A stretch of DNA of 64,000 nt from an uncultured Methanomassiliicoccales archaeon. GTDB taxonomy: Archaea > Thermoplasmatota > Thermoplasmata > Methanomassiliicoccales > UBA472. Below the pieces are notes generated by a model. The model saw only the letters and a list, made by a program, of their open reading frames with translations, did no database searches and was not told the DNA's origin. The stretch spans positions 15,204-79,203 of the forward strand of contig CAVQBH010000010.1 of the NCBI GenBank assembly GCA_963710685.1, read 5' to 3'. Below are positions 10,401 to 18,939 of the stretch, in pieces. Every line of letters starts with the position of its first letter. Position 1 is the stretch's first letter. The position numbers and the translations under genes were made by a program.

Positions 10401-11658
10401 CTTTTAGGAACCATTGCTGGGTGTTCCGGAATATGACCGGCGTGTTGCACCTCCAGCAGTGCCCGAACCGGTGCTCGATGATGCCGCTCCAGAACAGGAT
10501 GCCCTTTTCCTTGAGGTCCTCGATCAGGAGGGGGTTCGCCTTCTTGATGTGCATTCCCTGATATTTCTCTCCGACGTCGGGGTTGAACTTCCCGTTGGGG
10601 TCCACTGGGCAGAAGGGATCGATGCCAAACTCCTTGCCCAGTTCGAAGTCCTCCGGGCCGTGTCCGGGCGCGATGTGCACCAGGCCGGTGTTTGATGGCT
10701 CCACGGTCTTGGATGGGATGACCTTGTGCACCCACTTCCCGTCGACCTCCCTTTGGAATGGCACTTCGTCCGCGAAGGGCGGTATGTATTCCGTCCCCAC
10801 CAGGTCGTCGCCCTCGATCGTCTCCAGGATGTCGTATTTCTCCCAGCCCCCGATCTCCCCGATCTGTTCCACCAGGTCTTTCAGGACGATGACCGTCTCG
10901 GTCTCCCCGATCCGGCGATAGCGGACCTTGGCATATTTGAAATCGGGATGCGCCGCCACGGCCATGTTCGCCGGCAGCGTCCATGGGGTGGTGGTCCAGA
11001 TCAGCAGCGAGACCTTCTCGTCGTTCCTCAGCGGGAACTTGACGTAGATGGAAGGGTCCTTTTCATTGGAGTACTCTATTTCCGCCTCCGCCAGGGCGGT
11101 CTCGCAGCGGGGACATCCGGGGAGCACCCGGTTCGCGGTGACCAGCAGGCCCTTGTCGTGGGCCCGTTTCAGCGTCCACCAGGCCGCCTCTATATAACTG
11201 GAGTTGATGGTGAGGTACGGGTTCTCCCAGTCCATCCACACCCCCAGTTCGGAGAACTGTTCGTTCATCTTCTTCTGGAAGCCCAGCGCGAACTCCTTGC
11301 AGGTCCCGACGAAACGGTCGATGCCGTACTCCTCGATCTCCTTCTTGTTCTTCACGCCGATGGACTGCTCCACCTTGACCTCGATGGGCAGACCGTGCAT
11401 GTCGTACCCGGGGGTGTCGGTGACGTTGAACCGTTGCATCCTCTTGAAACGGATGATGGTGTCCTTGATGGTCTTGTTCCACGCCGTTCCCAGGTGGATG
11501 TAACCGGTGGTGTAGGGAGGACCATCGACGAAGTAATAATCGGGACCGCTGGCCCGGAGCTCCTTCGTCTTCTTGTATGCTTCGGTCTTGGTCCAGAAAT
11601 CCCGGACCGCTTTCTCTAGTTTAGCTGGATTGTAACTGCCTTGGACTTGCTTTATCAT
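7438..11658 (-). CDS. ileS: Isoleucine--tRNA ligase with ~350-aa C-terminal extension (HhH motifs, two zinc ribbons, DUF835-like domain)
   Basis: One uninterrupted 1418-aa ORF. Class-I motifs PPYTTGYIHLGTAWNK (HIGH-type) and MSKSKGNV (KMSKS), plus an editing-domain region. Probable start is ATG 11658 (MIKQVQGSYNPAKLEKAVRDFW); the track start is 11694. The extension at 7441..8499 is described under findings. Confidence 0.95.
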   Translation of the reverse strand: MIKQVQGSYNPAKLEKAVRDFWTKTEAYKKTKELRASGPDYYFVDGPPYTTGYIHLGTAWNKTIKDTIIRFKRMQRFNVTDTPGYDMHGLPIEVKVEQSIGVKNKKEIEEYGIDRFVGTCKEFALGFQKKMNEQFSELGVWMDWENPYLTINSSYIEAAWWTLKRAHDKGLLVTANRVLPGCPRCETALAEAEIEYSNEKDPSIYVKFPLRNDEKVSLLIWTTTPWTLPANMAVAAHPDFKYAKVRYRRIGETETVIVLKDLVEQIGEIGGWEKYDILETIEGDDLVGTEYIPPFADEVPFQREVDGKWVHKVIPSKTVEPSNTGLVHIAPGHGPEDFELGKEFGIDPFCPVDPNGKFNPDVGEKYQGMHIKKANPLLIEDLKEKGILFWSGIIEHRFGHCWRCNTPVIFRNTQQWFLKVTAIKNVMLEEVERIRWTPDWAGSSRMYDWVLNARDWCISRQRYWGIPIPVWTCASCGEMKVVGSIAELEKLDGYRKDMELHRPWIDAVTCECPRCGKTMKRVPDVLDVWFDSAVASWAQLGFPSKRTEFDRWWPGRWITEAQDQTRGWFYSQLAAGCIAFGRAPYESVLMHGWMLDPSGQPMSKSKGNVIEPAKVIAEYGADALRFYMLRSSAPWEDIAFQTEGVKNARKMLNVFWNVVNFATQYMAIDKFDPNLVDYDRLKGHLRSEDLWLISKTEKLKHEVTRNINTYDLHKACRAIEEFVLDDLSRWYVRLIRDRMWKEEGDLDKLAAYKVLFDSVMATNLLLAPFCPHITEDVYQHLDGTKGSVHMLDWPSADLTKVDERLETSMKECAELVEIITRERQTRNVKLRWPMKRIIIKASTQEAMDSIMALDDILLSQSNTKSVQYVKPGQEWEETILNVIPNPHAIGKVYRQWSSKIAVLLKSRPARQIKDSIDKGEYSLGIEGQLVKIEPNMVSFTSSMPNEVIEAKFSGGVVYLDFQVTPEIEAEGFAREIIRRIQQMRKDMKLDVEEFVKVEVTAPTKITEYFKIWKEHIMSETRAKKLDFVDEPVGTYNVTWEVEGHKMEIALASTHIKEAVTKLAGIPGLTPKMAMSLAEKGVCSVDDLKNLGEDKLGAMEGLTRSDAKRIFNHLMRKEEGRKCDTCGGALDIEGKCPACGPKTRKGTSKERMIPYLMRVPRMNKLKAEMLYDAGFDSIEKITAAGKEDLTKVSGLGARTIDGLLVYAQGRGFQAVVKCQSCGADIMPDELKCPSCGTAVRDDLVDDEEDDKAKPKPVGELEHSFAYLIKEDKSERAYAYFEKALSQGLKGFCVTRNYPLKIKSKYNLGDTQILWLSNVGKENSLRPKDLEKLSYSLEQFLANNSGVILLDGLEYLITNNNFLTVLRFIQSLRDQVAINRSILIMALNPSTLDPHELNLLEKEVDIAL

Positions 11659-11858
11659 CGCTGTCCCTTCTGTCGCCCAGATGCCGCCAGACAATATAAA
11701 CTACATGGTCCAGAAGATATGATTCGATACATCGACACCCGGGAACGGCCCGATTGATTGTCATTTCATCGTATTAATGTTCCCGCCCAAGATCGGAAAA
11801 TGAGAATTCCATCGACCAATGTGCCCGTTCCTATGCGCGCGAATGAAGCCTCGCCCGC

Positions 11859-12884
11859 TCAGAACATGTCTAGACTGGCCTGGTTCTTGACCTCTTTCTT
11901 GAACGGCTTGGGGGTCATCTTGTCCAGTGCGGAATTGACCCGCTGCTCCGAGAAATCGTACTGCCCGACCAGCATCTCCACCACCTTCTGCCGGTCCGGG
12001 GCCTTCCATTCGAGGATGAAATTGTCCGTCTTCTCGAAGTCCAGGAACAGGTCCCTGACCCTTTCGTACTCGGGATACACCTTGTCGATGGAGGCCATCG
12101 CCCTCTCGAAGTTCCCGTGCTCCTTGACCAGTTTCAGTGCCCGCTTCGGCCCGATCCCGCTCACCCCTTCGTTGTAGTCGGTGCCCATCATGATGCAGAG
12201 GTCGATCAGCTGCTCCTTGGTCACCTCCAGTTCCCGCAGGGCCATCTCGGCATCGATCATCTCCATCTTCACGTCCCGGTACTCGTTACGTCCGGGCATC
12301 TTCCGCCTGCCGGCCAGGGTGAGGTTGCGAAGGAGCCTGGGGGCACCGAAGAGCAGCGAGTCGAAGTCCTGCGATGACGCCGCCCAGACCACCCCTGTCT
12401 GGGCCATGTAGGCCGCCTGGGCCTCTCCCTCTTCCGCCGCCTGGACCACCGGTATGCCCAGATGCGTCAGCAATATCCGCGAGGATTCCACTATCTCGTT
12501 CGTGATCCTCGAGGATTGGGTGGCCTTCGTGAAGGCCTTTTCCGTTTCCCCCTTCTCGATCGACTCCTGCCAATCCTGCTGTGCCTTGACCCTCCGCTCA
12601 TGCCGGTCCCGGATGGTCCCGTTCTTCATCTCTGAAGGGATGCCATCGAACACGTAGGCGGGACGGACCCCCATCTCCACCAGGTTGGCATTGCGGTTGA
12701 GCAGGCCGGCCAGGTGGGAAGTGATCCTCCCCTTGCCGTCCTTGAGCGGGGTTCCGTCGGGCTGCCGGATCACCGAAAGGAACTGGTAGATGGCGTTGTA
12801 AGCGTCGATGGCCACGGTCTTTCCCCGCAGCTCATCCGGTGTCACATCTCTCGCCTTGATGATATCGGCCAGGTTAACGCCCAT
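11859..12884 (-). CDS. fen: Flap endonuclease 1
   Basis: MGVNLADIIKARDVTPDELRGKTVAIDAYNAIYQFLSVIRQPDGTPLKD is a canonical archaeal FEN-1 N-terminus, and the H3TH region GIGPKRALKLVKEHG is present. ATG at 12884; the track ORF extends upstream to 13073 without homology. Confidence 0.95.
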   Translation of the reverse strand: MGVNLADIIKARDVTPDELRGKTVAIDAYNAIYQFLSVIRQPDGTPLKDGKGRITSHLAGLLNRNANLVEMGVRPAYVFDGIPSEMKNGTIRDRHERRVKAQQDWQESIEKGETEKAFTKATQSSRITNEIVESSRILLTHLGIPVVQAAEEGEAQAAYMAQTGVVWAASSQDFDSLLFGAPRLLRNLTLAGRRKMPGRNEYRDVKMEMIDAEMALRELEVTKEQLIDLCIMMGTDYNEGVSGIGPKRALKLVKEHGNFERAMASIDKVYPEYERVRDLFLDFEKTDNFILEWKAPDRQKVVEMLVGQYDFSEQRVNSALDKMTPKPFKKEVKNQASLDMF

Positions 12885-13209
12885 GTTCCATTCCTCCTTG
12901 TCCGGGATGGTCCTTGCTGTATGAATCGTCGATTCGGATGATAACCGTTTCGTGGTCTTGGCGGTGCAAGCACCGATATCCCTGCCAGCCCTCGCACGAA
13001 GGTTGATTGGATCTCCTGGACCAGTGGTTCCATTCCCCGCCTGCCGCATCCCGACCGGCCGCCTTCCATTCATGGGCGCTGCGGCCCATCTAGGGTTAGC
13101 ATATTTCGTTGCGATTCACGTTCACCATCTGGCCAGCCGTCATGCCGGAGCGTCCATGGCCCGGAAAAATGCAAACCATTAATACCGAATTCTTACGTTG
13201 TTAATCATC

Positions 13210-13419
13210 ATGGAGTACTCGGAAGTAAAGGAGAAGAAACCGGTGGAAGAAGGTCAGACCTACACCGTGACGATTTCTGACATCGGGTCGCAAGGCGACG
13301 GTGTCGGGAAGATCGAAGGATTCGTCATCATCGTACCGGACACCAAGATCGGCGAGACGGTGCAGGTCCGCATCAACCGGGTCAGTAAGAAGGTGGCCTT
13401 CGGTACCCTGGTAAAATGA
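13210..13419 (+). CDS. TRAM domain protein (small archaeal RNA-binding/chaperone-type)
   Basis: EGQTYTVTISDIGSQGDGVGKIEGFVIIVPDTKIGETVQVRINRVSKKVAFG is a typical stand-alone TRAM fold sequence. ATG 13210 is preferred over TTG 13198. Confidence 0.85.
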   Translation: MEYSEVKEKKPVEEGQTYTVTISDIGSQGDGVGKIEGFVIIVPDTKIGETVQVRINRVSKKVAFGTLVK

Positions 13420-13602
13420 TCATTCCTTGAATTGGGGCATGTAGATCATGACCATTGCGATCCCAATCCAGACCAGGATGGCCATGAAGATGCAGATACC
13501 AGAGTTGAAACCCATCGCCACTACCAGAAGGATCAATGGCAAAACTACCGTCAGCAGTATCAGCAGGTGTTTCTTCGTGAATTCCATGAGGCCACTCAGC
13601 AC
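13420..13602 (-). CDS. Small hypothetical membrane protein (two predicted TM helices)
   Basis: 60-aa ORF with hydrophobic stretches LLILLTVVLPLILLVVAM and ICIFMAILVWIGIAMVMIY. No homology recognised. It abuts the TRAM gene convergently. Confidence 0.4.
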   Translation of the reverse strand: MLSGLMEFTKKHLLILLTVVLPLILLVVAMGFNSGICIFMAILVWIGIAMVMIYMPQFKE

Positions 13603-13701
13603 GGAATGAGAGGGGGCGTTTATTTACCTTTCCCCTTCAAAATGCTTCCAGCATGCAGCGGTGTCGCCTCACCGGTACAGTCTGGCGTTCTTCTTGAGTG
13701 G

Positions 13702-14112
13702 TTAGTCTTTCTCTTTCGCCTTGTTGACGAACTTGAGCCCGGACCAGGTGTCGTCTATGGATGAGACCTTGACGTCGACCATTCCTTCGCTGGTGCCGAC
13801 CTCGCGCACCATGGCGCCGGTGAGGTCCGTTTTCATCTTTGACGAACCCTTGGGCCAGCAGACCCAGATTATTCCCTCGTGTTTTATCGCGGCCTGCAGC
13901 TTGGGGTAAGTGGTGTCCACTTCCTTCTTGCTCTTGCTGAACATCTGTACGAAATCAAGCTCCTCGGTGATGTCATCTACCACCACGACGTTCTTTGGCA
14001 GCCTGCCTAGGACTTCGTCGTAGCCCTGAGGTGAGTTGATGAACAGGAGTTTCATCCCATCCTTGATTCCAAGCTTAGTGACCAGCGACTTCTTAGATCC
14101 AATTCGAGCCAT
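13702..14112 (-). CDS. DUF3052-like conserved protein
   Basis: Pattern KLGIKDGMKLLFINSPQGYDEVL ... GIIWVCWPKGSSKMKTDL ... SSIDDTWSGLKFV matches the DUF3052 family layout as I remember it. Confidence 0.6.
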   Translation of the reverse strand: MARIGSKKSLVTKLGIKDGMKLLFINSPQGYDEVLGRLPKNVVVVDDITEELDFVQMFSKSKKEVDTTYPKLQAAIKHEGIIWVCWPKGSSKMKTDLTGAMVREVGTSEGMVDVKVSSIDDTWSGLKFVNKAKEKD

Positions 14113-14252
14113 GTGATTTCCTTTCGGGGAGCGGGTAGCGCCTTAAGTACTATTGACCTCAGGTGTACTGCGAGGTGATAGCGTTCATCGTTAATAAAAT
14201 GTCGATTCTTTTTACGACTCAAATTGTGCCTTTTTTGATGTATCTGGATACC

Positions 14253-14900
14253 TCAGAATTTGTGCCAGGCTCCAATCTCTGCCTTCATATCCTTGGAACC
14301 GAAGAGCGCACTGCCCGCGGCCAGCGCCGAAGCGCCTGCCTTTACGCACCGCAAACCGGTCGAAGCGTTGATTCCGCCATCGATCTCGATGTCGAATTCG
14401 AGGCCGTTGTCTTCCGCGTACTCCCTCGCCGAGGTTATCTTCGGGACGACATCCTCGATGAACGTTTGTCCTCCGAAACCGGGATGGACCGTCATCACCA
14501 GGAGCAGGTCGATCTGGTCCAGGTAAGGGAGGACCGCCTCGAAGGGGGTTTCCGGGTTGATCGAGATCCCCGCCCTCCTTCCCAGCGACCGGATCTTTGC
14601 CAGCGTTTCCGTTACCAGATCCGACGCCTCCACGTGGATGGTGATGAAATCGGCCCCGGACCGGGAGAAATCCTCGATGTATCTCTCCGGCTGGACTATC
14701 ATCAGGTGCACGTCGAAGGGCAGATCGGTGTGGGGCCGGATCTTCCTGATGACATCGGGTCCGATGGTTATGTTGGGGACGAACATCCCGTCCATGACGT
14801 CCACATGGACCCAGTCCGCGCCCGCCTCCCCCACCCGGCGCACCTCATTGGCGAGAGCGCCGAAATCTGCCGAAAGTATTGATGGAGCCACTTTTATCAT
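14253..14900 (-). CDS. rpe: Ribulose-phosphate 3-epimerase
   Basis: MIKVAPSILSADFGALANEV, HVDVMDGMFVPNITIG, DVHLMIV, MTVHPGFGGQTF and EIDGGIN are canonical Rpe motifs. Confidence 0.95.
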   Translation of the reverse strand: MIKVAPSILSADFGALANEVRRVGEAGADWVHVDVMDGMFVPNITIGPDVIRKIRPHTDLPFDVHLMIVQPERYIEDFSRSGADFITIHVEASDLVTETLAKIRSLGRRAGISINPETPFEAVLPYLDQIDLLLVMTVHPGFGGQTFIEDVVPKITSAREYAEDNGLEFDIEIDGGINASTGLRCVKAGASALAAGSALFGSKDMKAEIGAWHKF

Positions 14901-14911
14901 TCGACTTCCTC

Positions 14912-15331
14912 CTAAGGGACCACCATGACCGGCACCCTCGCGAACTGGACCACCCGGGTGGAAACACTTCCCATGAGGAACCGGGAAAGGCCGCTGATAC
15001 CCCGGGTGCCAACAACCACCAGGTCGTATCCGTCCTTAGCAAGGTCCAGAATCGCTTCTGCCGGATTGCCCAGCATGACCTTGAGGTCCGGTTTCAGCCC
15101 GGCCTCCTCGCATACTGTCCGGGCCCGATAGAGCTTCTCCTCACACTTGGCCTTTTCCGATTCCTCGGTGGTGGGCATGCCAGTGTAATATGCCGACTCA
15201 GCCGGCGGCAGCACGCAAAGCAGGGCGATATCGGAACGGAACAGGGAAGCCGTCTCCGCCGCTATCCGCGCCGCACGGAGCGAGTTGTCGGAGCCGTCCA
15301 CTCCGACCAATATCCTCTTGAACGCCGTCAT
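14912..15331 (-). CDS. Universal stress protein (UspA family)
   Basis: KRILVGVDGSDNSLRAARIA and VVGTRGISGLSRFLMGSVSTRVVQFARVPVMVV. Confidence 0.9.
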   Translation of the reverse strand: MTAFKRILVGVDGSDNSLRAARIAAETASLFRSDIALLCVLPPAESAYYTGMPTTEESEKAKCEEKLYRARTVCEEAGLKPDLKVMLGNPAEAILDLAKDGYDLVVVGTRGISGLSRFLMGSVSTRVVQFARVPVMVVP

Positions 15332-15434
15332 TCTGATCGTCCGGGCATTGCACCAGACGGTGATAATGTTGTCGATTGCGCGCCTCGATTATTTAGGCAA
15401 AACGTTAAAATCAAAGTGATGGAATGCCAGCCTT

Positions 15435-15648
15435 ATGGCAGAGACCCACCACGCGGTAGAGAAAGAAGAGCCTTGCGATGTCGCCGGTTGCGGAAAGCCG
15501 GCCGAGAGATCGATTTCCCAGAACAGCGCCCAGGAGGCGGAGCTTGAAGGTGGACGAGGACCTGAAGAGGGTCCACCTGTGCAAGGAACACTACAAGGCA
15601 TACAAGAAAGCAACCAAGACCGAGCGCAAGATCGGTTCCATGCGGTAG
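15435..15648 (+). pseudogene. Small CCCH zinc-finger protein, reading frame interrupted by an apparent 1-nt indel
   Basis: Frame 0 reads MAETHHAVEKEEPCDVAGCGKPAERSISQNSAQEAELE and then becomes non-protein-like. The +1 frame continues (K)VDEDLKRVHLCKEHYKAYKKATKTERKIGSMR with stop at 15646..15648. Together they form a CxxxxC...CxxH module. The frame switch lies near 15539..15551. Confidence 0.45.
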
Positions 15649-16012
15649 TCGGAAGAACCGGCAAAGGGATCAAATCCCGTCGAGGACTAGGATCTTTGGC
15701 AGGGCCACCGGCGCCCATTGTCCATCGGTTCTGCAGCGGGAAATTCCGGCTCCCAATCGTTTTCATGAACCAAGTCGACCGCTTCCGATCTAAGCACTGG
15801 TGCGGTTCGGTCCTATCTTCTCGATGCTGACCTTCCTTGGTTCACCTTGACTGCCAGTCGGATGATGCTTCCGAGCCATCTCACGATCGCCCGGTCTGGT
15901 CCGGTCTCAACAATCGAGTCGTCAAGTGATAGACGAGAACGAGGAAGAGGGCAGCGATGCCGGGCTGTGCAATTCGCAAAGAGCTTAATGCATCGTGAGG
16001 CGATGTGGTGTC

Positions 16013-16987
16013 GTGGAGATCGTCTTCCTCGGAACAGGCGGCAGCGTACCGACCAGGAACCGCAACACCAGCGCCACCGCCGTCCGCGTCGGTCCGGAGA
16101 TACTCCTGTTCGATTGCGGCGAGGGGACCCAGAGGCAGCTGATGGGTTCCACCGTATCGTTCATGAAGATCACCCGGATATTCATCACCCACCTGCACGG
16201 TGACCATTTCCTCGGCCTGCCCGGTCTGATACAATCGATGAACTTCGCCGGACGGCTGGAGCCGCTGGACATCTACGGTCCGGAGGGGACCTCCTCCACG
16301 GTCGATACCATTCTCAACCTGGGTTATTTTCAGGCCGGGTTCCAGGTGACTGGCCACGATGTCGCAGACCTGGATGTGGTGCAGGGCAAGGGCTACGGGG
16401 TCAAGGCGGTGCGCACAGACCACAGCATTCCTTCGTTCGGTTTCGTTCTGAGCGAGGAGACGCGGCCGGGCAGGTTCAACAAGGCCCGGGCCATGGAGTT
16501 GGGCGTCCCCGAAGGCCCTCTGTTCTCAAAGCTCCAGTCCGGCTCGAGGGTGACGGTGAACGGAAAGGAGGTATTGCCGGAGATGGTCATGGGCGACCCC
16601 CGGCCGGGACTCAAGATCGCATTCTCCGGAGACACCCGGCCGAGCGAGCACTTCCTCGAATCCATCCTCGGATGCGATCTGCTGGTGCATGAGGCCACCG
16701 CCGACGTCTCGCTCCAGGACAAGGCCAAGGAGTTCGGCCATTCCACCGCCCGGGACGCCGCCACCATCGCCGCCCTCGCGGGCGTCAAGGTGCTCTACCT
16801 CAACCATTTCAGCGGCAGATACGAGGACGTAGGGATGCTGGTCGACGAGGCCAGGGAGATCTTCCCCAACACCAGGGCCTCGGAGGACCTGATGGTCGTT
16901 CATGTCAACTACGACGGGACGATCATTTCAAAGCAGCTTCAGGACGTCCGAGCTGGTAATGATGCCGACGATCGACCCCTTTCTTGA
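16013..16987 (+). CDS. rnz: Ribonuclease Z (tRNA 3' endonuclease)
   Basis: EIVFLGTGGSVPTRNRNTSATAV, FDCGEGTQRQL and the HLHGDH metallo-beta-lactamase motif. GTG 16013 is preferred over GTG 15995. The 3' end overlaps the convergent gene by 60 nt. Confidence 0.9.
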   Translation: MEIVFLGTGGSVPTRNRNTSATAVRVGPEILLFDCGEGTQRQLMGSTVSFMKITRIFITHLHGDHFLGLPGLIQSMNFAGRLEPLDIYGPEGTSSTVDTILNLGYFQAGFQVTGHDVADLDVVQGKGYGVKAVRTDHSIPSFGFVLSEETRPGRFNKARAMELGVPEGPLFSKLQSGSRVTVNGKEVLPEMVMGDPRPGLKIAFSGDTRPSEHFLESILGCDLLVHEATADVSLQDKAKEFGHSTARDAATIAALAGVKVLYLNHFSGRYEDVGMLVDEAREIFPNTRASEDLMVVHVNYDGTIISKQLQDVRAGNDADDRPLS

Positions 16988-17491
16988 GACGAGGACCGCG
17001 TTGGACGCGGACAGCAATGACGTGACCACCTCGACGGCGGCCTCCTCGCTGACGATGGGGAACGAGTCCATCATGATGGAGCCGACCGTCAGTTCCCCCA
17101 GGTCCTCCATCTTCGAGCCGTCCCGGAGCAGGCTCAGTATCTTGAACTCGCTTATGCTGCCGACATGCTGGACCCCGTTGAAGACCGGGAGCTGCGAGTA
17201 GCCGCTCTCCCTCATGACCTCCGTGGCCCGCTTGATCTTCTCGCTGGATTGGATGCTGACGATGTTGGTGGAGGCGACGTCTTTGGCCCGCATGCCTTCC
17301 CGCCTCTTGCTCATCTCGTCCTGCAGTACCTCGAAGATCCTGACGACGGCCGCATAGCTGCCCTTGATGCTGCCCCTTTCCATCTTGGCGATGGTCGATT
17401 GGCTTACGCCGGAGAGTGAAGCTAGCTCCGATTGGGTGATGTCCAAGCTCTTCCTCAGTTTCTTGATTTCGATCTCATCAGGGAATTTCAT
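16928..17491 (-). CDS. XRE-type HTH transcriptional regulator with tandem CBS domains
   Basis: HTH LDITQSELASLSGVSQSTIAKMERG, followed by a CBS pair (VASTNIVSIQSSEKIKRATEVMRESGYSQLPVF ... MMDSFPIVSEEAAVEVVTSLLSASNAVLVSRKGSIVGIITSSDVLK). ATG at 17491. It is divergent from the SAM synthetase gene. Confidence 0.85.
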   Translation of the reverse strand: MKFPDEIEIKKLRKSLDITQSELASLSGVSQSTIAKMERGSIKGSYAAVVRIFEVLQDEMSKRREGMRAKDVASTNIVSIQSSEKIKRATEVMRESGYSQLPVFNGVQHVGSISEFKILSLLRDGSKMEDLGELTVGSIMMDSFPIVSEEAAVEVVTSLLSASNAVLVSRKGSIVGIITSSDVLKLL

Positions 17492-17643
17492 GGCAATAAC
17501 CACATGTTATTAGTCATATATGAATAATTGAGTCAATAGAGCTTATATGACCGAACCAAATACAACCGACCTAACTCGGTCCGTGGCCAGACCTTCCGAG
17601 GCGGGAGGCTGGGCACAGGACTGCGACTTACTCAGACAAATAG

Positions 17644-18936
17644 GTGACCATCATGGCATCCAAGCCGATTCGGAAGACTCAAGCAAAGAAGGCAGAGGCA
17701 AGGAAGATCGAGAAGAACATCATCGTCGAGAGCATGAACCTGTTGCCCATAGAGAAGCAGCGGGTCGAGCTGGTCGAACGAAAAGGCCTGGGCCATCCGG
17801 ACACGATCTCTGACGGGTTGGCGGAATCCGTCAGCCGCGCGCTGTGCCAGATGTATCTGGACCGGTTCGGGGAGGTCCTCCACCACAACACCGACCAGAA
17901 CGAGGTAGTGGGCGGCCAGAGCGCCCCCAAGTTCGGGGGCGGGAAGATGCTGGAGCCGATCTACATCGTGCTCATCGGAAGGGCGATCACCCAGGTGGAC
18001 GGCGAGAGGCTCCCGTACGCCACCACCGCCATCGGGGCGGCCAAGGACTACCTGAAGAACTTCCCCCACCTGGACGTCAACGAGGACGTCATCGTCGACT
18101 GCAAGATCGGCAAGGGAAGCATCGACCTGATCAAGAACTTCGAATCGCTCGCCGACAAGTGCAAGGTGAACGGCAACAAGAACAGCTGCATGCTGGCCAA
18201 CGACACCTCCTTCGGATGCAGTTTCGCTCCCCTTTCCCAGACCGAGACCGTGACGCTCGAGGTCGAGAGGTACATCAACGGGGCGATGAAGAAGAAGCTG
18301 AGGGAGACCGGGCAGGACGTCAAGGTCATGGCCGCCAGGAACAACGACAAGATCACCCTGACCATCGCCTGCGCCATGGTGGACAAGTTCGTTTCGGACG
18401 CTGACCACTACATCAACGTCGTCCAGGAGATGACCCAGCTGGTGTCCGATTACGCCACCAAGTTCACCAAGTACGACGTGAAGGTCGACGTGAACCACGC
18501 CGACGACTACAAGAACGGCAACTACTACCTGACCGTCACCGGGCTGAGCGCAGAGAACGGGGACGACGGCTCGGTCGGCCGCGGAAACCGGGTAAACGGA
18601 CTGATCACCCCCTACCGCTCCATGAGCATGGAGGCATCGGCCGGCAAGAACCCCATCACCCACGTGGGCAAGATGTACAACATCCTGGCCAACTGGATCG
18701 CCAGGGACATAGTCAAGGAGGCGGGCGGGGACGTGCTGGAGGCCCAGGTAAGGATACTGTCGCAGATCGGAAGGCCCATCAATGACCCACAGACCTGCAG
18801 CGTCCAGCTGATCCTGGAGCAGGGGGTTAACTTAGACAAGGCGCAGAAGAAGGCGCTCGCGGTGGCCGACAACTGGTTCGAGAACATCAACAAGGTCACG
18901 GAGAAAGTTGTAAAAGGCGAAGTGACGGTATTCTAA
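17644..18936 (+). CDS. metK: Archaeal-type S-adenosylmethionine synthetase
   Basis: NIIVESMNLLPIEKQRVELVERKGLGHPDTISDGLAES and HHNTDQNEVVGGQSAPKFGGG are hallmarks of the archaeal MAT family. There is a short basic N-terminal extension (ASKPIRKTQAKKAEARKIEK), so the start is uncertain (17644 or 17653). Confidence 0.95.
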   Translation: MTIMASKPIRKTQAKKAEARKIEKNIIVESMNLLPIEKQRVELVERKGLGHPDTISDGLAESVSRALCQMYLDRFGEVLHHNTDQNEVVGGQSAPKFGGGKMLEPIYIVLIGRAITQVDGERLPYATTAIGAAKDYLKNFPHLDVNEDVIVDCKIGKGSIDLIKNFESLADKCKVNGNKNSCMLANDTSFGCSFAPLSQTETVTLEVERYINGAMKKKLRETGQDVKVMAARNNDKITLTIACAMVDKFVSDADHYINVVQEMTQLVSDYATKFTKYDVKVDVNHADDYKNGNYYLTVTGLSAENGDDGSVGRGNRVNGLITPYRSMSMEASAGKNPITHVGKMYNILANWIARDIVKEAGGDVLEAQVRILSQIGRPINDPQTCSVQLILEQGVNLDKAQKKALAVADNWFENINKVTEKVVKGEVTVF

Positions 18937-18939
18937 GCG

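Noticed and set aside
8323-11619. Long ORFs overlapping ileS in other frames and on the opposite strand (for example 8323..8949, 8974..10407, 9527..10984, 10726..11619).
   Set aside because: The ileS frame has unmistakable homology along its whole length. The alternatives translate to Arg/Gly/Pro/His/Asp-rich strings typical of off-frame reading in GC-rich DNA.
17632-18663. 343-aa ORF antisense to the SAM synthetase gene.
   Set aside because: The sense frame is a canonical archaeal MAT. The antisense product is Val/Gly/Asp/His-rich with no motifs.
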